The notes beneath the pieces are model-generated. The model ran no database searches and had not been told where the DNA came from. It worked only from the letters and a program-made list of their open reading frames with translations. Shown piece after piece: positions 1-8,564 of a stretch of DNA of 42,215 nt (its first letter is position 1; every line of letters begins with the position of its first letter). The translations under genes were made by a program, and so were the position numbers. Source of the stretch: Theionarchaea archaeon (GTDB lineage Archaea > Methanobacteriota_B > Thermococci > Methanofastidiosales > SZ-28-30); NCBI GenBank assembly GCA_018992685.1, contig JACVGT010000004.1, positions 1 to 42,215 on the forward strand, written 5' to 3'.

Positions 1-177
1 GTCTGACGAACACGGGTAGGAGATGGTACGGCCTCATGGGCTCTGTGATCTTTCTGAATTAAGGGTCAGTACGGTACCCTACACAGCGTGGAGAAACGAA
101 CCAGGCTCACTGACCCTATGCTGAATTCTTCAACTGTATTCCAGAAAATACTTCGATGAGAGATTCAGTCAACCGAC

Positions 178-225
178 TTACTCTGTGCCATATCCTCCAC
201 CCCCTGGAGTTTGTATCTTGATAAT
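178..225 (-). pseudogene. Orphan C-terminal remnant of a hydantoinase B/oxoprolinase-family gene
   Basis: Reads IIKIQTPGGGGYGTE*, which contains the TPGGGGYG signature that ends hydantoinase B/oxoprolinase proteins. The upstream in-frame sequence does not resemble the family. Confidence 0.45.
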
Positions 226-395
226 GTGGTGCAGAGATTTCGCCAGTGAACCCAGACAGATTGCTGCTTTAAAGCAACCAAATCTTCTTATGAATTGACA
301 ACAATAGAAATGGAGAACACGGCCGAATAAACCGTGCAGTAGGGGATGAATGTCTATAGCGAGGACATATGCCATTGCTGCATGAGGTGGCACGA

Positions 396-770
396 ATGGT
401 TACAAAATCAAAGGTTGAAACCCTGGCCGCTATCCTGAAGGATCTGGAAGCTACTACTCCCGATATTGAGGCATCTGCTGTCGTATCAGTAGATGGGTTG
501 ATGATAGCTTCTGCATTACCTCGAGATGTTGAAGAAGACAGAGTAGCTGCGATGTCGGCTGCGATGCTATCTCTGGGAGAGAGGACAGCAAAGGAACTGG
601 CAAGGGGTGGACTATCAGAAGTGTATGTCAAAGGAACGAATGGATACGTCGTCCTCATGGCTTCAGGTGAAAGTGCAGTCCTGACTGCATTGGTCAGAGA
701 GGATGCAAAATTGGGTCTGGTCTTTCTGGATATGAAGAGGAAAGCAGAAGAAGTAGCCAGGCTGGTGTAG
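396..770 (+). CDS. Roadblock/LC7 (MglB-like) domain protein
   Basis: Motifs ASAVVSVDGLMIAS, DRVAAMSAAMLSLGER and KLGLVFLDMKR are typical of the family. Start placed at ATG 396 after GAGGTG (384-389). Confidence 0.92.
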   Translation: MVTKSKVETLAAILKDLEATTPDIEASAVVSVDGLMIASALPRDVEEDRVAAMSAAMLSLGERTAKELARGGLSEVYVKGTNGYVVLMASGESAVLTALVREDAKLGLVFLDMKRKAEEVARLV

Positions 771-793
771 CAGACAGGAGAAGGTGAATCACT

Positions 794-1420
794 ATGTGTG
801 AACAGATCAAAATTGCCAATGGTGTCATGAAAGCTTCGCTTGAAGGAATCCAGGATATAGTGGGGGAGAATGGGTTGAAATCGATTTTGAACTATGGGCA
901 CCTGGAAAAATACACGAGTACGCTCCCGCCTCAAAATGATGAGCTTGAGATTCCTTTAGAGGACCTTCAGGGCTTGTACTCGTCTCTCAGAGAGCTTTTT
1001 GGTGATAAGGGTGCAGATGGGATTCGGCTACGTGTGGGAAAGGAGAACGCACGGAGAGCTCTTGAAAATCGTCCCTTCATGGCCAAATCAATCAAGATGG
1101 CCACTCGCCTTATTCCAGAAAACAAGAAGATAGGTCTGGCCCTCCAGAAGTTTTCAGAGGATTTCCAAAAAAACGTCCCCTCCAGATCAGGCGCTGTGAA
1201 GGTTGAACTGCGCGAAGAGGATGATTGCTTTCTGCTGATCAATGGCGCCAATTTTGAAAGCGAAGACGTCAGCTCTAATACGCCCGTGTGCAAGATCACT
1301 TTAGGAATACTTCAGTATGTGGTGGAATGGATTTCTGGCAATCCACATGAAGTAAAAGAGATTGAATGCAGGGCAGCTGGTGGTTCTGCTGACGTTTTCA
1401 GGATCTCAAAGGCTCACTGA
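794..1420 (+). CDS. V4R (4-vinyl reductase) domain protein
   Basis: C-terminal PVC...G...WISG..HEVKEIECRAAGGSADVFRI pattern. RBS AGGTGA precedes the start. Confidence 0.85.
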   Translation: MCEQIKIANGVMKASLEGIQDIVGENGLKSILNYGHLEKYTSTLPPQNDELEIPLEDLQGLYSSLRELFGDKGADGIRLRVGKENARRALENRPFMAKSIKMATRLIPENKKIGLALQKFSEDFQKNVPSRSGAVKVELREEDDCFLLINGANFESEDVSSNTPVCKITLGILQYVVEWISGNPHEVKEIECRAAGGSADVFRISKAH

Positions 1421-1717
1421 GAGAGAAAAGAACTATTCAATGGACGTTGTGTGGAGGGATTCCTCCACTTCACCTCCTGTAGAGGATAGGTAGTGGAAAG
1501 GACCTCCTGCATGCACATGTTACTGCAGAAATGGTAGGGATAAAAGGTACGATAGGACCTTACAGAGGTCTCTTGGATTACTGCTGCCCTGAGAGGGACT
1601 ACATGTGACTCTCTACAGAGATACAGACAGCGACCTTCAGAGTCATATGCCCATGGACAGCAACCTTAAATAGTAACTACCTCTAATAGAGTCATCATAT
1701 CTTGTGAGGTACAGATC

Positions 1718-2074
1718 ATGATAATGAGACTGAGCAGAGAATTCACCTTCGATGCTGCCCACAGCCTACCGGACTATCCTGGCAAGTGTGCACACGTCCA
1801 TGGCCACACCTACACTCTCATCGTCACAGTAGAAGGAGAACTGGATCAGTCTGGCATGGTTATTGATTTTTTCAAGATACGAGAAATCGTTGAGGATGTG
1901 CTGGCTCCCCTGGATCATCATTATCTCAATGACTTCTATCAGCAACCAACAGTAGAAATGGTCGCCCGTGACCTTTCAGAAAAGATCGAGAAAGCCCTTC
2001 AGAACACCAGTGTGAGTCTTTACAGTGTCAAGTTGTATGAAGGAACAAAATCTGCGGTTGAGGTTTTTGTATGA
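1718..2074 (+). CDS. queD: 6-carboxy-5,6,7,8-tetrahydropterin synthase
   Basis: Motifs FDAAH, C..VHGHTY, LDHHYLND, PTVE and LYE. First gene of the que operon. Confidence 0.93.
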   Translation: MIMRLSREFTFDAAHSLPDYPGKCAHVHGHTYTLIVTVEGELDQSGMVIDFFKIREIVEDVLAPLDHHYLNDFYQQPTVEMVARDLSEKIEKALQNTSVSLYSVKLYEGTKSAVEVFV

Positions 2075-2715
2075 GCCTGGAAGTATCAGAAATATTCTTC
2101 TCTCTCAACGGAGAAGGACTCCTGATGGGAGTACCTACCCTCTTTGTTAGGTTATCCGGGTGCAATCTCCGGTGCACTTGGTGTGACACAACATATGCCT
2201 GGGATCCAGGCCGGTCCCTGTCTGTTGACCAGATAAAGAACCAGGTTCTGGAAAAGGACAATGGACACTGCCAGTGGGCATTACTCACCGGAGGAGAACC
2301 CTTGATTCAGGATGTCCGTCCTCTCGTTGATGCCCTGAAGCCCCACTACAAGATAGCCATTGAGACCAATGGTTCTCTGTACCGGGAGGTTCTGCACGAC
2401 ATGGATTTCATCAGTGCAGACATAAAGCCACCTAGCAGTGGAAACCCCACGACAGAGTATGGAACCCTCACCAAAATCATTGATGCTATCACCGAAAGAA
2501 GTGGCCAGCTCAAGGCAATCATTGCCAGCAGGGAGGATTATGCCTTCATCCGTGCCCTCACCCGAGAATGTGATATTACTGTCCCATTGGTGCTCCAGCC
2601 TTGCTGGGGCTCTGTGACCTATGACTTCTTGTGTAATCTTTACCTTGAATCTCCACTGCCTGTAGAGTCAATTCGTATTCTTACCCAGCTTCACAAAATA
2701 GGCAATATCAAATAA
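2071..2715 (+). CDS. queE: 7-carboxy-7-deazaguanine synthase (radical SAM)
   Basis: Motifs EIFFSLNGEG, FVRLSGCNLRCTWCDT, TGGEP and ETNG. ATGA overlap with queD. Confidence 0.93.
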   Translation: MSLEVSEIFFSLNGEGLLMGVPTLFVRLSGCNLRCTWCDTTYAWDPGRSLSVDQIKNQVLEKDNGHCQWALLTGGEPLIQDVRPLVDALKPHYKIAIETNGSLYREVLHDMDFISADIKPPSSGNPTTEYGTLTKIIDAITERSGQLKAIIASREDYAFIRALTRECDITVPLVLQPCWGSVTYDFLCNLYLESPLPVESIRILTQLHKIGNIK

Positions 2716-2723
2716 GTGATTCC

Positions 2724-3518
2724 ATGAAAGATACTCAAGATTTGCTCCCTGAGCATCCCATAACTCTTGAAAAGGTAGGGATTGTCAACCTGAAGACTCT
2801 CATAAGAATCGATCGCCACGGTCGGGAATTCAGACACATTCCCACCATTACTATCCACGTAGATTTAGATGAGCAGAGGAAAGGCATCCACATGAGCCGG
2901 CTCATCGAGAGTGTGACAGAACTGCTGGAAGAAGAAGTGGCAGAAAAACACCGCTCTCTGGAAGAAATTGGGAAAGATATCCTTGAAAAACTGAAATTAA
3001 AACACAAGTTTCAGAAATCAGGAATAACTATCGATTCTGAACTTCCTATTTACCAGAAGACTCCTGCCAGCAAGAAGGATACCATAGAAATCCATGGTAT
3101 CACCGTTGAGGTCTTGCATGATGGAGATGCATGGTCAAAGATACTGACTGTATCCGTCACTGGCAATACGGCATGTCCTCATGCCCTGTCCATGAACTCT
3201 GGGAAGACTCACATACAGAGAGCGCGGGGGATTTTACGTGTTGAAACGGACTTTGGCAGTGAGATACCTTTGGAAGACATGGTGGAAGTGGTGGAGAAGT
3301 CCTTTTCCTCGAGAGTGTACACACTTCTCAAGAGTGATGATGAATCATTTGTTGTATCCAGGATGTATGAGAATCCCCTTTTTGTTGAGGATGTGTGTAG
3401 AAATATGCTGGCTTTATCCAGGGATCGGTTTCTCGGCTGCACGATTCATGCCACCTGCATCAGTCATGAGAGTATTCACCGGCATGACGTGTACGCAGAG
3501 GGCAGGGTGGTCACGTGA
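2724..3518 (+). CDS. mptA: GTP cyclohydrolase, FolE2/MptA family
   Basis: Motifs DTQD, KGIHMSRL, TACP, HIQR, FVEDVCR and ESIHRHD. Lies inside the que operon. Confidence 0.88.
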   Translation: MKDTQDLLPEHPITLEKVGIVNLKTLIRIDRHGREFRHIPTITIHVDLDEQRKGIHMSRLIESVTELLEEEVAEKHRSLEEIGKDILEKLKLKHKFQKSGITIDSELPIYQKTPASKKDTIEIHGITVEVLHDGDAWSKILTVSVTGNTACPHALSMNSGKTHIQRARGILRVETDFGSEIPLEDMVEVVEKSFSSRVYTLLKSDDESFVVSRMYENPLFVEDVCRNMLALSRDRFLGCTIHATCISHESIHRHDVYAEGRVVT

Positions 3519-4180
3519 ATCATAGGACAGCTGTGGTCCTCCTCAGTGGAGGGATGGATTCTGCAGTGTGTGCATCTATCGCTCAGAACGAGGGGTTTAC
3601 ACTCTATGTGCTGCATGTGGGGTATGGACAGAGAACCAGCAAAAAAGAGAGAGAATGCGCAGAAGAACTGGCATCCTTCTATGACGCTCTGGACTTTAGG
3701 GTGATTCCACTGGATTTCTTGAAGGAGATCGGGGAAAGCGGGCTCACAGATGAGAGCATCACCCTCCCCGTGGAGGAGACAGAAGGAATACCTCCCAGCT
3801 ATGTCCCTTTCAGAAATTCTATTATCTTGTCACTGGCTACCGCATGGGCAGAAGTCGTGGGGGCGGAAGCCATATTCTACGGAGCGAATTTCATTGATTT
3901 TTCAGGCTATCCTGATTGCAGACCACAGTATTTTGAAGCATTTCAGAAGTTGATTGAAGCAGGCACCAAAGATGACACTGTCATTGTGCTGAGGACTCCC
4001 CTGGCTTCTCTGAGCAAGGCTGACATTGTAAAGAAAGGGCTTGAATTGGGTACACCTTTCGAATCTACCTGGAGCTGTTACACAGAAAATGAGAAAGCGT
4101 GTGGAGTGTGCGATTCGTGTCGGCTGCGATTAAAGGGATTCCGTGAGAACGGTGTCACAGATCCCATCTCATACAGGTAA
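3515..4180 (+). CDS. queC: 7-cyano-7-deazaguanine (preQ0) synthase
   Basis: Motifs LLSGGMDS, YGQR, YVPFRN, GYPDCR and TWSCY...CGVCDSC. GTGA overlap with the previous gene. Confidence 0.95.
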   Translation: MNHRTAVVLLSGGMDSAVCASIAQNEGFTLYVLHVGYGQRTSKKERECAEELASFYDALDFRVIPLDFLKEIGESGLTDESITLPVEETEGIPPSYVPFRNSIILSLATAWAEVVGAEAIFYGANFIDFSGYPDCRPQYFEAFQKLIEAGTKDDTVIVLRTPLASLSKADIVKKGLELGTPFESTWSCYTENEKACGVCDSCRLRLKGFRENGVTDPISYR

Positions 4181-4227
4181 CTGGAGCGGCTGAAAGGTGA
4201 CAAAAAAATTAACGTACTGGACTGCCA

Positions 4228-4686
4228 TCATGAGATTTCTACGAGTATTTCTCCCCTTTCTACACTGCTGCCTGCTGAAACATGAACTTTCTCGACTGTT
4301 CCTTCCTTGGGTGCCCTCAATTCATTTTCCATTTTCATGGCTTCCAGAACGCACACTACATCTCCTTCTTTGATTGACTCTCCTTCCTTTACTGCTACAG
4401 AAACAATCTTTCCCGGCATCATTGCTGAAATAGCTCCTTGGGCAGCTTTTGTCTTCTTTTCTGGCTGCTTCTTCTCCTCTTCCAGCCTGAAGGAATGAGG
4501 AATTCCATTGATGACCACCTGCTCTTTCTGCATGTCCACTGTGTAGGGTATTCCGTCAACATCAATGGAGTTCTCTTTCTCCTGCACTGTATGTTCTTTT
4601 CCATTGACTCTTACGCTACTCCCTTCTATTTCTACTGAGTAGCGAACATCATCCATGACCACGTGGAACTTCACCAAGGAGACCAC
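4228..4686 (-). CDS. Biotin carboxyl carrier protein (biotinyl domain)
   Basis: MPGKI and EAMKMEN biotinylation motif. The true start may be the GTG at 4674, overlapping the upstream stop. Confidence 0.9.
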   Translation of the reverse strand: MVSLVKFHVVMDDVRYSVEIEGSSVRVNGKEHTVQEKENSIDVDGIPYTVDMQKEQVVINGIPHSFRLEEEKKQPEKKTKAAQGAISAMMPGKIVSVAVKEGESIKEGDVVCVLEAMKMENELRAPKEGTVEKVHVSAGSSVERGEILVEIS

Positions 4687-6143
4687 CCACCTCTTGGTCT
4701 GAAAGCCATTTTCCAGGGAGATGCATACGTGGGACTTTCAATGCGCTCAGGCTTCTTTTTCATGGCCAGTATATATGCCAGAGCGGCTACGGCATCTTCC
4801 AAGCCTCCCCCCTTGGCTCTCCATTCGAAATACTCCTTGGCAACCTGAGGAAATAATGCATAGGACAGGACATCTTCCTCTGATCTGGCCAGATCACCAA
4901 TTTCCTCTCTTGCCTTTTCAAACCCAGGCTCAAGCAGATCCGCGGGACGACACGTAATGGGTTCTTCTTCTCCAATGACGAGCCGTTTGACTGTCTTGTC
5001 AATCTGTCCCGGGGGCCGACCATAGAACCCCTTGACGTACTGCTTGACTTCATTGGGAATCATTTTGTACCTCTCACCCAGAACCACATTCAGTGTGGCC
5101 TGAGTACCCACGATCTGACTGGAAGGAGTGACCAGCGGAGGGTATCCCAGTTCCTTTCTTACTCTGGGAACTTCCTGTATTACGTCCTCAAATCGGTCCT
5201 CCGCATTCTGCTCTCTGAGCTGGGACACTAGGTTTGACAACATCCCTCCAGGAATCTGGTAGGTGAGAACTCTTATGTCAACACCATGGAGCCCGCTTTC
5301 GAATGCACTGTATCTTTTACGAATATCAGCAAAATACAGTGCAATGTCAGCCAAAGTCCTCAGGTCAAGTCCTGTCTTCCTTGGAGATTCATCCAGTGAG
5401 GCTACCAGGCTCTCAGTGGGAGGCTGGGAAGTTTGGGACGCCAGAGAGGATATCGCAGTATCAATCACATCTACGCCAGCTTCTGCAGCTTTCAGACAGG
5501 CGCTGGAGGCCATTCCTGAGGTAGCATGAGTATGAAACTGTACAGGCACTGACAGAGCAGCTTTCAACTCGGTCACCAACTCATATGCTTGATATGGCGA
5601 TATGAGCCCACTCATGTCTTTTATGCACACAGAATCTGCCCCCATTTCTTCCAGTTTCACTCCCTTTTTCACAAAACCATCAATAGAGTCCAGAGGACTT
5701 AACGTATAACAAAAGGAAGCCTGGACGTGGCCTCCCTCACGGTTCACTATTTTCATGGCGAATTCCATGTTCCTGAAATCATTCAAAGCATCAAAGATGC
5801 GGAATATGTCTATACCATTTTCCTTGGCCCTGATAATGAACTTCTCCACAATGTCGTCAGGATAGTGCTTGTATCCAACGATATTCTGTCCCCTCAAAAG
5901 CATCTGCAGGGGAGTCTTTGGAAGTGCTTCTCTCAATTGTCGGAGTCTTTCCCATGGGTCTTCTTTCAAGTACCTCAGACAGCTATCAAAGGTGGCACCC
6001 CCCCAGACTTCTAGCGAATGATACCCGACAGTATCTAGCTTCTCAGCTATCGGCAACATATCCTCTGTTCGCATTCTGGTAGCCAGTAAGGACTGATGAG
6101 CGTCACGCAAGCAGGTTTCTGTTATTTTGACTGGTTGGGTCAT
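4671..6143 (-). CDS. oadA: Pyruvate carboxylase subunit B / oxaloacetate decarboxylase alpha-type carboxyltransferase, without a fused biotinyl domain
   Basis: Motifs LRDAHQSLLATR, EVWGGATFD, QMLLRGQN, IKDM, HTHATSG and PPLVTPSSQIVG. Confidence 0.9.
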   Translation of the reverse strand: MTQPVKITETCLRDAHQSLLATRMRTEDMLPIAEKLDTVGYHSLEVWGGATFDSCLRYLKEDPWERLRQLREALPKTPLQMLLRGQNIVGYKHYPDDIVEKFIIRAKENGIDIFRIFDALNDFRNMEFAMKIVNREGGHVQASFCYTLSPLDSIDGFVKKGVKLEEMGADSVCIKDMSGLISPYQAYELVTELKAALSVPVQFHTHATSGMASSACLKAAEAGVDVIDTAISSLASQTSQPPTESLVASLDESPRKTGLDLRTLADIALYFADIRKRYSAFESGLHGVDIRVLTYQIPGGMLSNLVSQLREQNAEDRFEDVIQEVPRVRKELGYPPLVTPSSQIVGTQATLNVVLGERYKMIPNEVKQYVKGFYGRPPGQIDKTVKRLVIGEEEPITCRPADLLEPGFEKAREEIGDLARSEEDVLSYALFPQVAKEYFEWRAKGGGLEDAVAALAYILAMKKKPERIESPTYASPWKMAFRPRGGWSPW

Positions 6144-6512
6144 ACGCTTTGTGGAATGTCCCTACCCTTAAATATATTGGCGTCAATCCAGAAAGAAGAT
6201 TGGATTGTGCGTACTGCACTACCCACATGAATCAAAAGTAGTCAAGACATGGGTTATGCCTTTTACCGGCAACTCCTGCCCACACTGACCGACACAAAGA
6301 ATAGGTATTCATCTCTTGAGACTGCGGTGGTATTGTGAAAGAAATTGCTTTGGCACCAGGCTCAGTACCAGCGTTGTGACCGCACTCTTTTTACGAAACC
6401 TTCACTACGTACCTTCATTGAAACAAGACTTGGAAAGAGATGCTCAGAAAAGATCCTCGGATCAGAGAGAAAGCATTTAAGGGAACCGTAACACTGGTGG
6501 TTGAGGATTAGC

Positions 6513-7256
6513 ATGATACTCGACGACTTGCATAAAGGGATTGTGGCCCAGCTGGAGAAGAGAGCTGACCCTGTGGCGGCATCCAGAAATACTGAGAGAG
6601 CTGAGCGATTCAATATCAATCACAAATACTATGGACTCACTGGAGACGTACTGAGAGATCTCATCGCGCAGCATGAGGGTCAATTCAGCAGATTGGAATT
6701 GACAGAACGATTTCATCTGGTACAGATGTTGTACAGTTCTGGGATGGCTGAACAGGTTGCCTTTGGAGATACCATCTTGGTCAACAGTCTGAATGAGATA
6801 GAGCCCTCGCACTTTGAGTACCTAGACGAGATTACGGATTGCCTTAGCAATTGGGGAGATACTGACTGGTTTGCCAGCCGGATTACCCAACCACTTCTTC
6901 TGAAATTCCCTAGAGAGACTCTATCATTTCTGAGGAGCCTCAACGATTCTGGCAACATGTGGAAACGAAGGCTGAGTGTTGTCACGTTCACAAGAAAGAT
7001 TGGGGAGAGCGGAGAATTCACTGAAGAAGCGCTGGGACTATGCAATAATCTGATCTGGAACACAGAGGATCTGGTTCGAAAAGGAGTCGGCTGGGCACTG
7101 AAGGATACAATGCGGGGGGACAAGAACAGAGTCCTGGGCTATGTGAGATCTTTGAGGGAAAAAGGTGTCTCTTCTGTGATCACGTTATATGCAATACGAG
7201 ACCTGAAGGGTGAAGAACGAAAAGAGATTCTAGCTGTAAAACAGAAAAAGGTTTAA
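6513..7256 (+). CDS. DNA alkylation repair protein (AlkD-like HEAT-repeat family)
   Basis: Motifs NWGDTD, SGNMWKRR and EDLVRKGVGWALK. Start uncertain (6501 TTG or 6513 ATG). Confidence 0.82.
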   Translation: MILDDLHKGIVAQLEKRADPVAASRNTERAERFNINHKYYGLTGDVLRDLIAQHEGQFSRLELTERFHLVQMLYSSGMAEQVAFGDTILVNSLNEIEPSHFEYLDEITDCLSNWGDTDWFASRITQPLLLKFPRETLSFLRSLNDSGNMWKRRLSVVTFTRKIGESGEFTEEALGLCNNLIWNTEDLVRKGVGWALKDTMRGDKNRVLGYVRSLREKGVSSVITLYAIRDLKGEERKEILAVKQKKV

Positions 7257-7380
7257 GAGACGAATTCAGAAAAGAATCCTGCAAGGAACAGTTAGCGAAA
7301 TGAACAGGTGTATAACAACAAATACTCAAGAACCATCACACTTGAAAGTCTTCTCGATTCAAGGAAACAGCCCTCTTAGG

Positions 7381-7998
7381 TTAGGACTGCCCCCCGTTCT
7401 TGGCGATGGCAAACCTGCAGGAAGGGTGACCCTGTGCCATACACTCCACTTCCTTGACTTCATGTTCTTTCCCTGTAATCCATGTCATCATACTGGTCCA
7501 GAACCCCACCGGCGGCCAGCAGATACAATTGTCAGAATGTAGATTACCACAGTAAAAGCAATCCTGTATCTCCACATAGAAATTGTTCTCATCCTCTGTC
7601 ATGAGATGTGGCACACTGTACAGGTTCTCAGATTCCTTGAGTACCCGTTTCAAGATGAACCTTGTCTTCCCTTCTTCACCCATAAAGGTCGTAACCAACC
7701 CCGCAAGTCCAAATAATGTGGGCTTGGTTCTGAGCGCATACTCGAACGTCAACTTCCCGCAGCGCAGTAACAGGGGTTTGGCAGCCTTTTCCCCAAATAA
7801 TTCAATGATTAGTTCAATACCTTTCTTAAACTTGCTCATTTCAAGAGAGGGTGAATCGTCATCGGGGAGTTCATTCTCAATATACTCTTCAAGGTCAGCG
7901 CGTTTTAGAAACACGTGAAGTCCGTTTTCACCAATATGTTCTTCCACACTTTTGAACACGATGCGAGCCAGCGAAGATGGTATTCTATGTTCCTCCAC
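7381..7998 (-). CDS. V4R domain protein, paralog of 794..1420
   Basis: Shared N-terminal GENGL motif. C-terminal CFYC...IC...WITGKEHEVKEVECMAQGHPSCRF. Confidence 0.85.
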   Translation of the reverse strand: MEEHRIPSSLARIVFKSVEEHIGENGLHVFLKRADLEEYIENELPDDDSPSLEMSKFKKGIELIIELFGEKAAKPLLLRCGKLTFEYALRTKPTLFGLAGLVTTFMGEEGKTRFILKRVLKESENLYSVPHLMTEDENNFYVEIQDCFYCGNLHSDNCICWPPVGFWTSMMTWITGKEHEVKEVECMAQGHPSCRFAIAKNGGQS

Positions 7999-8347
7999 AT
8001 ACTCACCGGTCTCTTGAGAATGTACATGTATATAAACTTTATTGACTCTAGACTGTACATTTTTTCTTTTTTTAATGAAATCTTTGGGAATGGAGCAGCA
8101 CTTTCAATTTGGCAGCTTCAATTGCCACTACCTGTGCATTCTACCTGGAATACCCACATAATGTTAGAGTTTAAACAATAGTTGTGGAGAGATTTCCCCT
8201 TCCCGGACACGTATCAGTCAGAGCTGAGAAAATCATGTCACGTAGTCTTTGGTGTTCTTTAAAAAAATCACTATCACACGATTTATCACGACGCGCTATC
8301 TGCCGCATATTCACTCGAATCACGAAAACTCCTCAAACCATTCCAGC

Positions 8348-8457
8348 AAAAAAAGGCAGGGGTGCTCCCTTCAGAACTCAAATCAGGTGGAGAGAACATA
8401 CCAGACGAACCACATGATTTGGATTTTCCTTAGGTAGGAGGCATAAGGAACACCCCT
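8348..8457 (-). ncRNA. Candidate ~110-nt structured small RNA
   Basis: Minus-strand BRE/TATA (AGAAAAG-CTTATAAG, 8492-8478). A 13-bp 5'/3' closing stem (8445-8457 with 8358-8370) includes two G-U pairs that form only on the minus strand. Inner 11/12-bp stem (8379-8390 with 8410-8421). Ends in a U7 tract (8354-8348). Confidence 0.5.
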
Positions 8458-8477
8458 AGTTATAACTCACCTATATC

Positions 8478-8556
8478 CTTATAAGCTTTTCTGACTAATC
8501 ATTAACTTTAACTAACATGTATAACCGAAAGCTTTATATAGTATTGATTATCAATA
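8478..8556. promoter_or_regulatory. Back-to-back archaeal promoters with a palindromic operator-like site
   Basis: Minus-strand AGAAAAGCTTATAAG (8492-8478), plus-strand CCGAAAGCTTTATATA (8525-8540), and a perfect 7-1-7 palindrome TATTGAT-T-ATCAATA (8542-8556). Confidence 0.55.
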
Positions 8557-8564
8557 ATGATTAG

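Noticed and set aside
1718-4180. 7-deazaguanine DNA modification (dpd) defence island
   Set aside because: No dpdA/TGT-like, helicase or nuclease genes are in the window. Archaeosine supply is the simpler explanation.
8286-8399. 37-aa minus-strand ORF MFSPPDLSSEGSTPAFFCW with an FxxPxL motif
   Set aside because: It has no RBS and runs through the U7 terminator of the candidate small RNA.
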